This document shows, piece after piece, positions 12,359-22,657 of a stretch of DNA of 64,000 bases. Every line of letters begins with the position of its first letter. The first letter of the stretch is position 1. The notes under the pieces were generated by a model. The model saw nothing but the letters and a program-made list of their open reading frames with translations. It ran no database searches and was not told the DNA's origin. This DNA comes from Candidatus Nanopelagicales bacterium (GTDB taxonomy: Bacteria > Actinomycetota > Actinomycetes > S36-B12 > UBA10799): NCBI GenBank assembly GCA_037046735.1, contig JBAOHC010000027.1, positions 111,909 to 175,908 on the forward strand, given 5' to 3'. Position numbers and translations under genes: made by a program.

Positions 12359-13476
12359 CAGGTCTCCAGATCCTCGTAGCCGAGTTCCGCCTCCACAGCT
12401 CGCATGAGTTCGCTGCGAATCATCGGGACCCCGATGCTGTCCAAGACGTCCGCGAAGAAGCCCAGTACCACCAACCGGCGGGCCTGCTCCTCGGTGATAC
12501 CCCGCGACATCAGGTAGAACAACTGCTCCTCGTCGAACCGGCCGGTCGCGCTGGCGTGCCCGGCGCTGATGACGTCACCAGTGAGGATCTCCAAGTTGGG
12601 GATCGAGTCCGCGCGGGGGCCGTCGTCGAGCAGCAGGTTGCGGTTGATCTCATAGGTCTGGGTGCCGATCGCGCTGGGCTGGATGAGGACGTCGCCAACC
12701 CACACGCTGCGCGCCCCATGCCCTTGCAGGGCACCCTTGAACACCACATTGCTCGCGCAGTGCGGCTCACGGTGATCGACGAAGGATCGGTGTTCGAAGC
12801 GTTGGCCGGACCCCGCGAAGTACAGGCCTCGCGCGTCGACGCGTCCGCCGGGACCCGCGTAATCGATGGTCTGGACCAGCCGGACCGCCTCGCCACCCAG
12901 CGTCACGATCACCGTACGCAGGCTCGCATCCCGGCCGACCCGGGTCGCGAAGTGTCCCGCGTGGACCGCATCGGCGTCCCAGTTCTGCACTAGGACCAGT
13001 TCCAGTGATCCGCCATCCTGCACCACGGCCGATACGTTGCCGCCGTAGATGGCGCTGCCACTGTGCTTGACGACGACCGTGGCCCGGGCATCGCGGCCGA
13101 CCTCGATGAGGGTCTGTCCCCACACGACCTCGCGGCTGCTGCCGGTGAGATCCAGGATGATCGGCTCGGGGTGCGTGGCACCGGCCGGTACTTCGAGCAG
13201 CCAGGACCGTTGGGTGTGTTTGGCCGCCAGTGCGGAGATCCGGTCGACGGGTGCGCTCGCGACCCTGGCCCGAGCCTCCTCGGAACTGATCTCGCGCAAA
13301 ACGGCCCCGTCGGACAACACCGTGGACAACGACAGCCGACCATGGGACCCGGCGTCCTCGAAGAGCGGCTTGAGGGCGGCGCGCGGCGCGAACCGCCACA
13401 CCTCCTCGCGGCCGGTCGGGACCGGGAAGTCGGCCACGTCGTGGGAACGTCGGCTGGTCATGGACAACTGCGCCAT
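12358..13476 (-). CDS. sufD: Fe-S cluster assembly protein SufD
   Basis: 372 aa with a SufBD-fold C-terminus ([34 protein letters not shown]). It sits between sufB and sufC. Confidence 0.85.
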   Translation of the reverse strand: MAQLSMTSRRSHDVADFPVPTGREEVWRFAPRAALKPLFEDAGSHGRLSLSTVLSDGAVLREISSEEARARVASAPVDRISALAAKHTQRSWLLEVPAGATHPEPIILDLTGSSREVVWGQTLIEVGRDARATVVVKHSGSAIYGGNVSAVVQDGGSLELVLVQNWDADAVHAGHFATRVGRDASLRTVIVTLGGEAVRLVQTIDYAGPGGRVDARGLYFAGSGQRFEHRSFVDHREPHCASNVVFKGALQGHGARSVWVGDVLIQPSAIGTQTYEINRNLLLDDGPRADSIPNLEILTGDVISAGHASATGRFDEEQLFYLMSRGITEEQARRLVVLGFFADVLDSIGVPMIRSELMRAVEAELGYEDLET

Positions 13477-14882
13477 CAGCCGACCGCTCCTTCCATCTGC
13501 ATTTCGATCAGCCGGTTCAACTCCAACGCGTACTCCATGGGAAGTTCGCGGGCGATCGGCTCGATGAACCCGCGCACGATCATGGCCATCGCCTCGTCCT
13601 CGGTGAGACCACGCGACATCAGGTAGAACAGTTGGTCCTCGCCGATCTTGCTGACCGTGGCCTCGTGTCCCATGGCGACGTCATCCTCGCGGATGTCGTT
13701 GTAGGGGTAGGTGTCGGAGCGGCTGATGTCATCGACGAGCAGCGCATCACACTTCACCGTGGACCTCGACCCCTTGGCACCGGGGTTCACTTGGATCAGA
13801 CCGCGGTAAGAGGTCCGGCCGCCGCCTCGCGCCACCGACTTGCTGACGATGGTCGAGGAGGTGTTGGGGGCGGCGTGCACCATCTTCGCGCCTGCGTCCT
13901 GATGCTGGTCCTCGCCGGCGAAGGCCACCGACAAGGTCTCCCCCTTGGCGTGCTCGCCCATCAACCAGACGGCCGGGTACTTCATGGTGATCTTCGACCC
14001 GAGATTGCCGTCGATCCACTCCATGGTGGCCCCGGCCTCGGCGATCGCACGTTTGGTGACCAGGTTGTAGACGTTGGTCGACCAGTTCTGGATGGTCGTG
14101 TAGCGGCAGCGGGCATCCTTCTTCACGATGATCTCGACCACGGCGGAGTGCAGGGAGTCCGTGCTGTAGATCGGCGCGGTGCAGCCCTCGACGTAGTGCA
14201 CGTACGCGCCCTCGTCGACGATGATCAGGGTGCGCTCGAACTGGCCCATGTTCTCGGTGTTGATCCGGAAGTAGGCCTGCAGCGGAATCTCGACGTGCAC
14301 GCCCTTCGGGACGTAGATGAACGAGCCGCCGGACCACACTGCCGTGTTGAGCGCCGAGAATTTGTTGTCCCCCGTGGGAATCACCGACGCGAAGTGCTCG
14401 CGGAAGAGGTCCTCATGCTCCTTGAGTCCCGTGTCGGTGTCCAAGAAGATGACGCCCTGCTCTTCGAGATCCTCCCGAATCTTGTGGTAGACCACCTCCG
14501 ATTCGTATTGCGCCGCCACCCCAGCGATCAACCGCTGCTTCTCCGCCTCGGGGATGCCGAGCCGGTCGTAGGTGTTCTTGATGTCACTGGGCAGCTCATC
14601 CCAGGAGGTGGCCTGCTTCTCCGTGGAGCGCACGAAGTACTTGATGTTGTCGAAGTCGATCGTGCTCAGATCCGCACCCCAGGTCGGCATCGGCTTCTTC
14701 TCGAACAGGCGCAGACCCTTCAGCCGCATCTCGAGCATCCATTCGGGCTCGTTCTTCAGCGCGGAGATCTCCCGGACCACAGCCTCGCTGAGGCCACGCT
14801 TGGCCACGGCGCCGGCGTCGTCGGAGTCCGCCCAGCCGTACTCGTAGCGGCCAAGATCGGCCAACTGGTCCACATCGCTCAT
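13476..14882 (-). CDS. sufB: Fe-S cluster assembly protein SufB
   Basis: 468 aa of highly conserved SufB sequence ([10 protein letters not shown]..., [21 protein letters not shown]). There is no intein-sized insertion. Confidence 0.92.
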   Translation of the reverse strand: MSDVDQLADLGRYEYGWADSDDAGAVAKRGLSEAVVREISALKNEPEWMLEMRLKGLRLFEKKPMPTWGADLSTIDFDNIKYFVRSTEKQATSWDELPSDIKNTYDRLGIPEAEKQRLIAGVAAQYESEVVYHKIREDLEEQGVIFLDTDTGLKEHEDLFREHFASVIPTGDNKFSALNTAVWSGGSFIYVPKGVHVEIPLQAYFRINTENMGQFERTLIIVDEGAYVHYVEGCTAPIYSTDSLHSAVVEIIVKKDARCRYTTIQNWSTNVYNLVTKRAIAEAGATMEWIDGNLGSKITMKYPAVWLMGEHAKGETLSVAFAGEDQHQDAGAKMVHAAPNTSSTIVSKSVARGGGRTSYRGLIQVNPGAKGSRSTVKCDALLVDDISRSDTYPYNDIREDDVAMGHEATVSKIGEDQLFYLMSRGLTEDEAMAMIVRGFIEPIARELPMEYALELNRLIEMQMEGAVG

Positions 14883-15547
14883 GAAGAGATCCTTTCGGTG
14901 GCATGTGTCGGAGAAACCAGACAGGTGCAGACCCCGTCGCCGTGGGCGATCGTGGCCAGCCGTGTCACATTCGTGTCGAGCAACCGCGCGAAGGCCGCCG
15001 CCTCCGCGTCACACAGTTGCGGGAACTCATTGGCGGCCTGGGCCACCGGGCAGTTGTGCTGGCACACCTGCAAGACCGCGGCCGGACCCTCTTCGACGGT
15101 GGCGGCGTACCCGTCGGCGGTGAGCAACTCAGCGAGCCGGACGGCCCGCTCGTGGGGATCGTGGATTTCGTCGAGTTCGAGGCGGTACCGATGTTCGAGT
15201 TCCGCCGCCCGCCGATTGGCGAAGTCCGCCAGTGCCTGCGGATCCATCTGACCCATGAAGCGCAGGGCGCTGACGGCCAGATCGTCGTAGGCCTGCTCAA
15301 AGCGGCTGCGGCCGGCATCGGTCAGGGCGTAGATCCTCGCTGGCCGGCCGCGACGAGGGCCCGGCATCGGGCCGAAGGGGGGCCGGTCGCCAGCAACCAC
15401 ATCGCCGCTGTCCGCAAGGGCGTCGAGGTGCTTGCGTACCCCGGCGGCTGTGATCCCCAACCTGGCCGAGAGCTCGGCGGCGGTCGCAGGACCGGCCGCG
15501 AGCAGACTGCTCACGACACGTTCCCTGCCACCACCGGAACTTTTCAC
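14879..15547 (-). CDS. sufR: SufR-type ArsR-family transcriptional repressor of the suf operon
   Basis: The N-terminal winged HTH is [30 protein letters not shown]. The C-terminal Cys cluster is [10 protein letters not shown]...LCDAE...GVCTC. It is the first gene of the suf operon. The start is GTG at 15547, or GTG at 15514, which has AGGGAA 6 nt upstream. The ORF-track extension to 16084 is not protein-like. Confidence 0.8.
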   Translation of the reverse strand: MKSSGGGRERVVSSLLAAGPATAAELSARLGITAAGVRKHLDALADSGDVVAGDRPPFGPMPGPRRGRPARIYALTDAGRSRFEQAYDDLAVSALRFMGQMDPQALADFANRRAAELEHRYRLELDEIHDPHERAVRLAELLTADGYAATVEEGPAAVLQVCQHNCPVAQAANEFPQLCDAEAAAFARLLDTNVTRLATIAHGDGVCTCLVSPTHATERISS

Positions 15548-15560
15548 AACTCTATTGTTG
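15547..15560. promoter_or_regulatory. candidate SufR operator, perfect CAAC-N6-GTTG palindrome
   Basis: The plus strand reads CAAC tctatt GTTG. On the coding strand this is CAACAATAGAGTTG, which contains a TAGAGT (TAnnnT) -10-like hexamer and abuts the first GTG of sufR. Confidence 0.55.
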
Positions 15561-15634
15561 CGTAATTCTCGAGATCTGCAAACAACCGGGGTCCTCACCT
15601 TGCGGATGGTGCCGACCTGACGGACGGTGGAAGC

Positions 15635-16093
15635 ATGGCTCACTACCGCACTACCGTGACATCGGCCGCGAGCGCCGACGACGTGTTCACGTATCTGGCT
15701 GACTTCGCCACCGTCGCCGAGTGGGATCCCGGCGTGCGGGAGGCATGGCTGGTATCCGGTGACGCCGCCGAGGTCGGCGCCGTATACCGCGTGGTCACCT
15801 CGACCTTGGGCCTCACGCTGGCCCTGGATTACCGGATTCTTGAGTCGGTGCCTCCGGTGGCAGGGCGCCCCGGCCGGGTGGTCCTGCAGGCCGATACCCG
15901 TGACTTCCGCTCGTATGACGTGATTCTGGTCGAGCCGACCGCCACGGGATGTGCGCTGACCTACGACGCTGACCTGGCCCTCAAGGGCGTTCGCCGCCCG
16001 TTCGACCCCTTCCTGCGCGTGGCCTTCCAGGTCATCGGTGGCCGCGCCCGGGCCGGTCTGGAATCTGCGGTGCAGATGCGGCAACCCGCGTGA
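15635..16093 (+). CDS. SRPBCC (polyketide cyclase/START-like) family protein
   Basis: 152 aa. The N-terminal pattern TTVTSAASADDVFTYLADFATVAEWDPGV is typical of SRPBCC proteins. The call rests on pattern recognition only. Confidence 0.55.
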   Translation: MAHYRTTVTSAASADDVFTYLADFATVAEWDPGVREAWLVSGDAAEVGAVYRVVTSTLGLTLALDYRILESVPPVAGRPGRVVLQADTRDFRSYDVILVEPTATGCALTYDADLALKGVRRPFDPFLRVAFQVIGGRARAGLESAVQMRQPA

Positions 16094-17010
16094 AGGGCAT
16101 GGTTGACGGTCTGCTGGAAGTCAGCGTCGTGGGTAGCTTCAGCCGCCTCGGCTACGAGACGCGCTCGCGCATGCAGCCCTGGGACACCCACTACCGGTTG
16201 GCCGGCAACCGCATGCTGATCACGGGTGGCACAACCGGTCTGGGCTATGCCGCTGCCCGCGAGGCGGTCGCAGCAGGAGCGGTCGTGGCCATCACAGGGC
16301 GCGACCCCGGACGCACTGCCGCGGCAGCCGCACGAATCGGGGCAGTGCCCCTGGCCGCGGATGCCGCCGATCTCGATGCCATGGCGGGCCTCATCGACCG
16401 GGCCTCGAGCGAATTGGGTGGACTGGACACCCTGGTCAACAATGCGGGAGCCCTCGATGCGGACTACACGCTGTCGCCGCAGGGGTTCGAGACCACGTAT
16501 GCGGTGCACGTGCTGGCGCCATTCCTGCTGACGGCCCTGGCCCGCGAACGGGTGCAGACGGTGATCGCGGTGTCCTCAGGAGGCATGTACTCCCAGCGAC
16601 TGGATTCCGCGGTGGTCGAGATGACCGCCGAGGACTATGACGGGGTCACGGCTTACGCCCGCGCGAAACGGGCGCAAGTGGCGCTGACATCCGAATGGGC
16701 CAGACGCCACCCGGGCAGGCCCACGTTCGCGGCCATGCACCCGGGTTGGGCGGACACCCCTGGGGTGCAGCGCTCCCTGCCGACGTTCCGGCGGGTGACC
16801 GGGCCGATCCTGCGCACGCCGGAGCAGGGCTGCGACACCATGCTGTGGCTGGCCGGGCACGCGGTGCCCAGCGGTCTGTTCTGGTTGGATCGCGCCCCGC
16901 GCAGCACCGTACGACTGCCCTGGCTGCGATACGGACAGGACGAGATGGCCACGTGCTTCGACATGGTCGCCGAGCAAGTGAGGCCGTGGCTGGGCGCAGC
17001 CACGCTCTGA
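16090..17010 (+). CDS. SDR family oxidoreductase
   Basis: ITGGTTGLGYAAAREAVAAGAVVAITGRD Rossmann motif plus NNAG and YARAK catalytic motifs. GTGA overlap with the upstream SRPBCC gene. Confidence 0.8.
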   Translation: MKGMVDGLLEVSVVGSFSRLGYETRSRMQPWDTHYRLAGNRMLITGGTTGLGYAAAREAVAAGAVVAITGRDPGRTAAAAARIGAVPLAADAADLDAMAGLIDRASSELGGLDTLVNNAGALDADYTLSPQGFETTYAVHVLAPFLLTALARERVQTVIAVSSGGMYSQRLDSAVVEMTAEDYDGVTAYARAKRAQVALTSEWARRHPGRPTFAAMHPGWADTPGVQRSLPTFRRVTGPILRTPEQGCDTMLWLAGHAVPSGLFWLDRAPRSTVRLPWLRYGQDEMATCFDMVAEQVRPWLGAATL

Positions 17011-17024
17011 CGTCGGGGTCGGCG

Positions 17025-17935
<911 letters not shown>

Positions 17936-17942
<7 letters not shown>

Positions 17943-18685
17943 CTCTCGACCTGAGCCAGGGCACGGTGGCGGCATCAGCGGGCCGGCGGGTCTGGTCGCA
18001 GGCCCTGTTCGACACCCGCAACGCCCTGCGCAACGGGGAGAACCTGCTTCTCACGTTGGTCATACCTGTGGCTGTGCTGGTGCTCGTGCTGAAGACGCCG
18101 TTGGGCGGCGATCGCAGTCCTGCCGACGCGCTCATCGCGGCACTGAGCCTCGCGGTGCTGGCCACCGCATTCACCTCGCAGGCCATCGGGACCGGATTCG
18201 ATCGCCGCTACGGCGTCCTGCGCATGCTGGGCCTCTCGCCACTGGGTGTGCGAGGCCTGCTGGCCGCCCGGGCGATGGTGAGCTTGTTGATCATCGGTGG
18301 CCAGTTGGTCCTGCTGCTGGGGCTCACCCTTGCCCTGACAGGTTGGTTTCCCACAGATGCCGCGGCGATCGCGCAGGCCGTCCTGACGATCCTGCTCGGG
18401 GTGTGGGGCTACACCGCGTGGGCCGTGCTGATCGCGGGCGGTTTGCGGGCCGAAGCCACGCTGGCAGTGGCCAACGCGGTGTTCCTGGCGCTCATGTTCG
18501 GCGGTGGCCTGGCGATCCCCCTCGACGCACTGCCCTGGCAGGGGGTGGCTCAGTGGTTGCCGACCGGGGCCATGGTGCAGGCGTTGTCCACCTCGCCAGT
18601 GGCCTGGCTGCCGCTGGCCGTGCTGGCCGGCTGGGCTGTGGTGGGCACGGGGTTGGCCACTCGCTTCTTCCGCTGGGAGGTCTGA
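17936..18685 (+). CDS. ABC-2 type transporter permease
   Basis: 249 aa with about six hydrophobic segments. ATGGTGA overlap with the ATPase gene. Confidence 0.75.
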
Positions 18686-18702
18686 CCCGCCCCACGGCGG
18701 GT
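18685..18702 (+). terminator. short GC hairpin after the ABC-2 permease gene
   Basis: ACCCGCC ccac GGCGGGT forms a 7-bp stem starting at the stop codon. There is no U-tract. Confidence 0.3.
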
Positions 18703-18716
18703 ACAAATCGTGCGCG

Positions 18717-18728
18717 TAGGCTCAGAGC
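18717..18728 (+). promoter_or_regulatory. leaderless-type -10 element for ctaA
   Basis: TAGGCT (TAnnnT) at 18717-18722 is followed by 6 nt and then the GTG start at 18729. No Shine-Dalgarno sequence is present. Confidence 0.5.
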
Positions 18729-19694
18729 GTGGCAGTTGACACAGCACCGGAGGCGGTGGGTGTGCCCGTTACCGCACCCGCCCCGCGCTGGTTACGCAGA
18801 ATCTTCTGGGCAAACCTGATCGCTCAGATCGGCATCGTCATCACCGGCGGCATCGTGCGGGTGACCGGCTCCGGCCTGGGCTGTCCCACCTGGCCAGAGT
18901 GCGTGGATGGCTCCATCACACCAACCGCCAGCCAGACCGAAGGCGTGCACAAGCTCGTCGAGTTCGGCAACCGTACCCTGACCGGTGTCCTGATGATTCT
19001 GGCTGTGGCGGCCATCATCGGCGTCTTGGTCTGGCGTCGTCGCAGCGGTGTGCGCCGGCCGTGGGTGTTCACGTTGGCCGCGGTTCCGCTGGTGGGCACC
19101 CTCGCCCAAGCAGTCCTCGGCGGCGTCACAGTGCTTGTCGACCTGCACCCGCTGGCAGTGGCCAGCCATCTGCTGCTGTCCATGGCCGTCATCGCGGCCT
19201 GTGTCGCCCTGGTCGAATTCGCGAGCGAGTCCGCTGACCCGCCGGGAACCGCGCTGACCCGGCCAACGACCCGCTACGTGGGTAACGGGCTGATCGCCAT
19301 CACCAGCCTGGTCATCGTCATGGGAACCGTGGTGACCGGGGCGGGGCCCCACGCTGGGGATTCCCGCACACAACGTCTGGACATCGATCCACGCCTGGTG
19401 AGTTGGCTGCATGCCGATGTCGTGCTGTTGTTCATCGGTCTGCTGATCGGAATGTTGGCCCTTCTGTACGTCGACCATTCGTCTGCCGTGGCACGGCGGC
19501 GAGCGTGGTGGGTCGTCGCCTTCGCCCTGCTGCAGGCCAGCATCGGCTACGTCCAGTACTTCACGGGTCTGCCCTGGGTGTTGGTCACCCTGCATCTGCT
19601 GGGGGCCTGCCTGGTCTGGGTGGGGGTCTGGCGTCTGCGCTTCAGTCTTACGCAACGAGCCGCGGCGCACACCCCGGCCAGGTCGGGACAGTAG
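18729..19694 (+). CDS. ctaA: heme A synthase (COX15/CtaA family)
   Basis: 321 aa, polytopic, with the GSGLGCPTWPEC motif and conserved His in TM segments (VHKLVEFGNR, ASHLLLS, LHADVV, LHLLGA). Confidence 0.85.
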   Translation: MAVDTAPEAVGVPVTAPAPRWLRRIFWANLIAQIGIVITGGIVRVTGSGLGCPTWPECVDGSITPTASQTEGVHKLVEFGNRTLTGVLMILAVAAIIGVLVWRRRSGVRRPWVFTLAAVPLVGTLAQAVLGGVTVLVDLHPLAVASHLLLSMAVIAACVALVEFASESADPPGTALTRPTTRYVGNGLIAITSLVIVMGTVVTGAGPHAGDSRTQRLDIDPRLVSWLHADVVLLFIGLLIGMLALLYVDHSSAVARRRAWWVVAFALLQASIGYVQYFTGLPWVLVTLHLLGACLVWVGVWRLRFSLTQRAAAHTPARSGQ

Positions 19695-19716
19695 AAGCCG
19701 GGCGCACGTCGGACTG

Positions 19717-20565
19717 CTAGGTGTCTGTCGCGCTCAGCGCCGCCCTGACCGCCCGCGCGAATCGGGCGGGTGCTGCAGGCGCGGTCTCCAGGAACAAACG
19801 GGGCTCGGTGGCCTCGAACTCCATGACCAACCACTGATCCCCGTCCGGGATGAAGTCGACTCGGGCGTATAGCAGGGGGTCTTCACAGGTGTAGGCCAGC
19901 ACCTCGCGCACCGTCTCGCCGACACCGGTAGGCACGTCGACTGCGGCCACCTCGATCGCCTCGGTGCCGACCCGGGTAACAGCGTGTGAGACAGCGCCAC
20001 CGAGCACGACCACCGACAGTTCCGCAGCCCGCTCCACGACCGAGAGGTATGGCTGGATGAGCGCGACCAACCCGCGAGTGGCCAGCGCTGCGGCTACTGC
20101 GGCGGCCTCCTGCGCCGTATCCAAGGGCACCGCCCGAAAGACGCCGTCGCCGATATTCGGCTTCACCACAAATCGGTCCCAACCCGTGGCCGCCAGACTG
20201 TGTTCGCAGGACGCTGGGTCGTCACCGGGCTCAAACCACACGGTCGGGATCGTGGGAATTCCCCGCAGCGCGAACTGGCGCAGATAGGTCTTGTCCGTGT
20301 TCTTGGCCAGGCATCGCACCGGGTTGGCCAGCGTGGTCACCTCCTCGACCCCCCGCGCCCACTTGAGGAACTCCGGGCGCCGCCCCGAGTAGTCCCACGT
20401 GGATCGCACAATGACCAGATCGAAGTCAGCCCAGTCGACTGCCGCGTCATCCCAGACCACGGCCTGCGCTTCCAGGTGGCTCTCGCGCAGCGCTGCCAGC
20501 GCCAGCGGGAGATCCGGATCGGGGAGGCTACCCCGATAGGTCACGTAGGCGACGCGTGGAAACAT
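19717..20565 (-). CDS. ATP-grasp domain protein (RimK/glutathione-synthetase-like)
   Basis: 282 aa from the ATG at 20565 (MFPRVAYVTY...). ATP-grasp-like blocks are KTYLRQFALRGIPTIPT, FVVKPNIGDG, LIQPYL and YARVDFI...LVMEFEATEP. Its start overlaps the ctaB stop by 1 nt. The upstream part of the ORF-track entry lies inside ctaB. Confidence 0.55.
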   Translation of the reverse strand: MFPRVAYVTYRGSLPDPDLPLALAALRESHLEAQAVVWDDAAVDWADFDLVIVRSTWDYSGRRPEFLKWARGVEEVTTLANPVRCLAKNTDKTYLRQFALRGIPTIPTVWFEPGDDPASCEHSLAATGWDRFVVKPNIGDGVFRAVPLDTAQEAAAVAAALATRGLVALIQPYLSVVERAAELSVVVLGGAVSHAVTRVGTEAIEVAAVDVPTGVGETVREVLAYTCEDPLLYARVDFIPDGDQWLVMEFEATEPRLFLETAPAAPARFARAVRAALSATDT

Positions 20566-21479
20566 CAGCCCAGGATGAGCGGATCGATGGCCACCAGCAG
20601 GAACAGCAGGGCCAAGTACGTGATCGACCAGTGGAACAGGCGCATCGGCTTGGAATCCTCGCCTCTGCGGGTCCGCCGCCGCAACAGCCAGGACTCCCCT
20701 ACGAACACCAGGCCAAGCAGGAGCGATCCAATCGCGTAGATCCACCCCATGGGGGCCACCGGTACCAGCGCCAGCGAAGCCACCACAGTCGCGATGGCGT
20801 ACCACAGGATCTGGTCGGCCACCCGCCGGGTGTCTGCGACGACCGGCAGCATGGGCACTCCGGCGCTGTGGTAGTCCTCACGGAACCGCAGTGACAACGG
20901 CCAGTAATGGGGAGGGGTCCAGAGGAACACGACGAGGAACAGGATCCAGGGGCTCCAGGAAAGGCTCCCGTTCACCGCTGCCCACCCGATCAGGACGGGG
21001 AAACAGCCCGCTGCCCCACCCCAGACGATGTTTTGGGAGGTGCGCCGCTTGAGCACCATCGTGTACCCAACGACATAAAGGAAGATCGCCATGCCGGCCA
21101 GGCCGGCGGCCAGCAGGTTCGTGGTCCAGGCGAGCCAGCCGACACTGAGCACACTGAGCAGACTGCCGAAGGCCCATCCCGCTGCTGGCGAGATCTCACC
21201 GGTCACCATCGGGCGGGCACTCGTGCGCTTCATGATCGAGTCGATGTCACGGTCGTAGACACTGTTCATCGAATTCGCCCCGGCCGCGGCCAGCGACCCG
21301 CCGATCAGGGTGGCTACCAGCGTGGTCAAGGACGGCAGCCCACGGGCGGCGAGCACCATCGCCGGAACGGTCGTCACGAGCAACAACTCGATGATGCGGG
21401 GTTTCGTCAGGGCGACATACGCCCGCACCCTGCTGGTCCGAGCCGGCGACTGGGCATCGACACGGGTACTGGCCACCAC
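20565..21479 (-). CDS. ctaB: protoheme IX farnesyltransferase (heme O synthase)
   Basis: 304 aa in the UbiA prenyltransferase family (YVALTKPRIIELLLVTT, NSVYDRDIDSIMKRTSARP, WTPPHYW). Confidence 0.9.
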   Translation of the reverse strand: MVASTRVDAQSPARTSRVRAYVALTKPRIIELLLVTTVPAMVLAARGLPSLTTLVATLIGGSLAAAGANSMNSVYDRDIDSIMKRTSARPMVTGEISPAAGWAFGSLLSVLSVGWLAWTTNLLAAGLAGMAIFLYVVGYTMVLKRRTSQNIVWGGAAGCFPVLIGWAAVNGSLSWSPWILFLVVFLWTPPHYWPLSLRFREDYHSAGVPMLPVVADTRRVADQILWYAIATVVASLALVPVAPMGWIYAIGSLLLGLVFVGESWLLRRRTRRGEDSKPMRLFHWSITYLALLFLLVAIDPLILG

Positions 21480-21565
21480 TGCAGACTACCGTGCAGACCG
21501 CGCCGAATCGGCAGCGATCCGGCGCAATTGCTGATGCGCGCTCGCGTGCGTGCCATCCTGACCGC

Positions 21566-22567
21566 ATGCAACCACTGCGTGCGTTCCTGCGTGTCGTGCT
21601 CGACCTGCCCGTCCCGACGCTCAACCGGTGGGCCGGGCAGCCGGCGACGATCGACGGCCGGACGCTGGACCCGGCCGTAAACCTGCTGCTGCATCTGGAG
21701 AGCCGCATCGGGGCCGGTAAACCCCAGGACGTGCTGGGCCGTCGGGCCGCCATGGCGAAGAACACGTCGCTGGTCATGACCCGCCCGGCAGGCGTCGTCA
21801 CCGCCGACCACGTGCTTGCAGACCGGATACCGGCCCGCTCCTACCGGGCCGCCCACCTTCGCAAACCAGCCCCGCTGATCATGTATCTGCATGGCGGCGG
21901 TTGGGTCGTCGGGGATCTCGACAGCCACGACGGATCCGCCCGGATGCTGGCCCTGCACAGTGGCTGCACCGTCGTCAGCGTCGACTACCGGCTGGCCCCC
22001 GAGCATCCGTTCCCGGCCGGACTCGACGATGCGGTCGCAGCCTTCGACCATTTGCACGCCCATCCACAGGAGTTCGGGGCCATCTCGCAGGCGGTGGCGG
22101 TAGCTGGTGACAGCGCGGGGGCGAATCTGGCCGCTGCGCTGTGCCTGTCCAGGCAGCCGATCGCGCTGGCGATGATCTACCCCGCCGTGGATCTGCGGAT
22201 GACTCAGCCCTCCATCGACACGTTCGCGACCGGGTACTTCCTGACCCGCGACGACATGATCTTCTACCGCGACCACTACCTGCCGGACTTGGCCCTGGTC
22301 ACTGATCCGCGGGTGTCCCCGGCGCTTGCCGAGGACCTGTCGGGAATGCCACCGACGGCCATCTGGACCGCCGGCTTCGACCCCCTGCGCGACGAAGGCC
22401 TGGCCTTCGGGCAGCAGCTGGCGGCGGCCGGCGTGCCCGTCACCGCGCACTGCTTCGACGACCAGGTACACGGCTTCTTCGGTATGGGAGTGCTGCCGCG
22501 GGGCATGGAAAGGATCGCGAGGGTGAGCCGGGAAACCGGTCGGCTGGTGGCCTCTGCACTGGGTTGA
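21566..22567 (+). CDS. alpha/beta hydrolase, hormone-sensitive-lipase-type esterase
   Basis: HGGGW oxyanion motif (YLHGGGWVVGD), nucleophile elbow GDSAGANL and C-terminal DQVHGF. ATG at 21566. Confidence 0.8.
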   Translation: MQPLRAFLRVVLDLPVPTLNRWAGQPATIDGRTLDPAVNLLLHLESRIGAGKPQDVLGRRAAMAKNTSLVMTRPAGVVTADHVLADRIPARSYRAAHLRKPAPLIMYLHGGGWVVGDLDSHDGSARMLALHSGCTVVSVDYRLAPEHPFPAGLDDAVAAFDHLHAHPQEFGAISQAVAVAGDSAGANLAAALCLSRQPIALAMIYPAVDLRMTQPSIDTFATGYFLTRDDMIFYRDHYLPDLALVTDPRVSPALAEDLSGMPPTAIWTAGFDPLRDEGLAFGQQLAAAGVPVTAHCFDDQVHGFFGMGVLPRGMERIARVSRETGRLVASALG

Positions 22568-22657
22568 CCACACCTGCAGCGTCGCCAATGGTTCAACCGT
22601 GTCGAGCCACCGCCGAGCCGATACGCTCACTGGGAGTTCAACGAAAGGAACCAACAC

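Noticed and set aside
13476-14882. A possible intein in SufB, as in Mycobacterium tuberculosis.
   Set aside because: The ORF is 468 aa and collinear with intein-free SufB. There is no insertion.
14879-16084. Long N-terminal extensions in the ORF track. Examples are sufR to 16084, AT3-3 to 60399, the HNH gene to 31214, uvrB to 50560, the ATP-grasp gene to 20805, secG to 33413 and tpiA to 34446.
   Set aside because: The extensions overlap neighbouring genes or have non-protein-like composition. Internal ATG or GTG starts with a Shine-Dalgarno sequence or a leaderless -10 signal give products of the expected family length.
22563-22600. A hairpin after the esterase gene (GGTTGA ... TCAACC).
   Set aside because: The stem is only 6 bp with a loop of about 25 nt. 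That is too weak to call a terminator.
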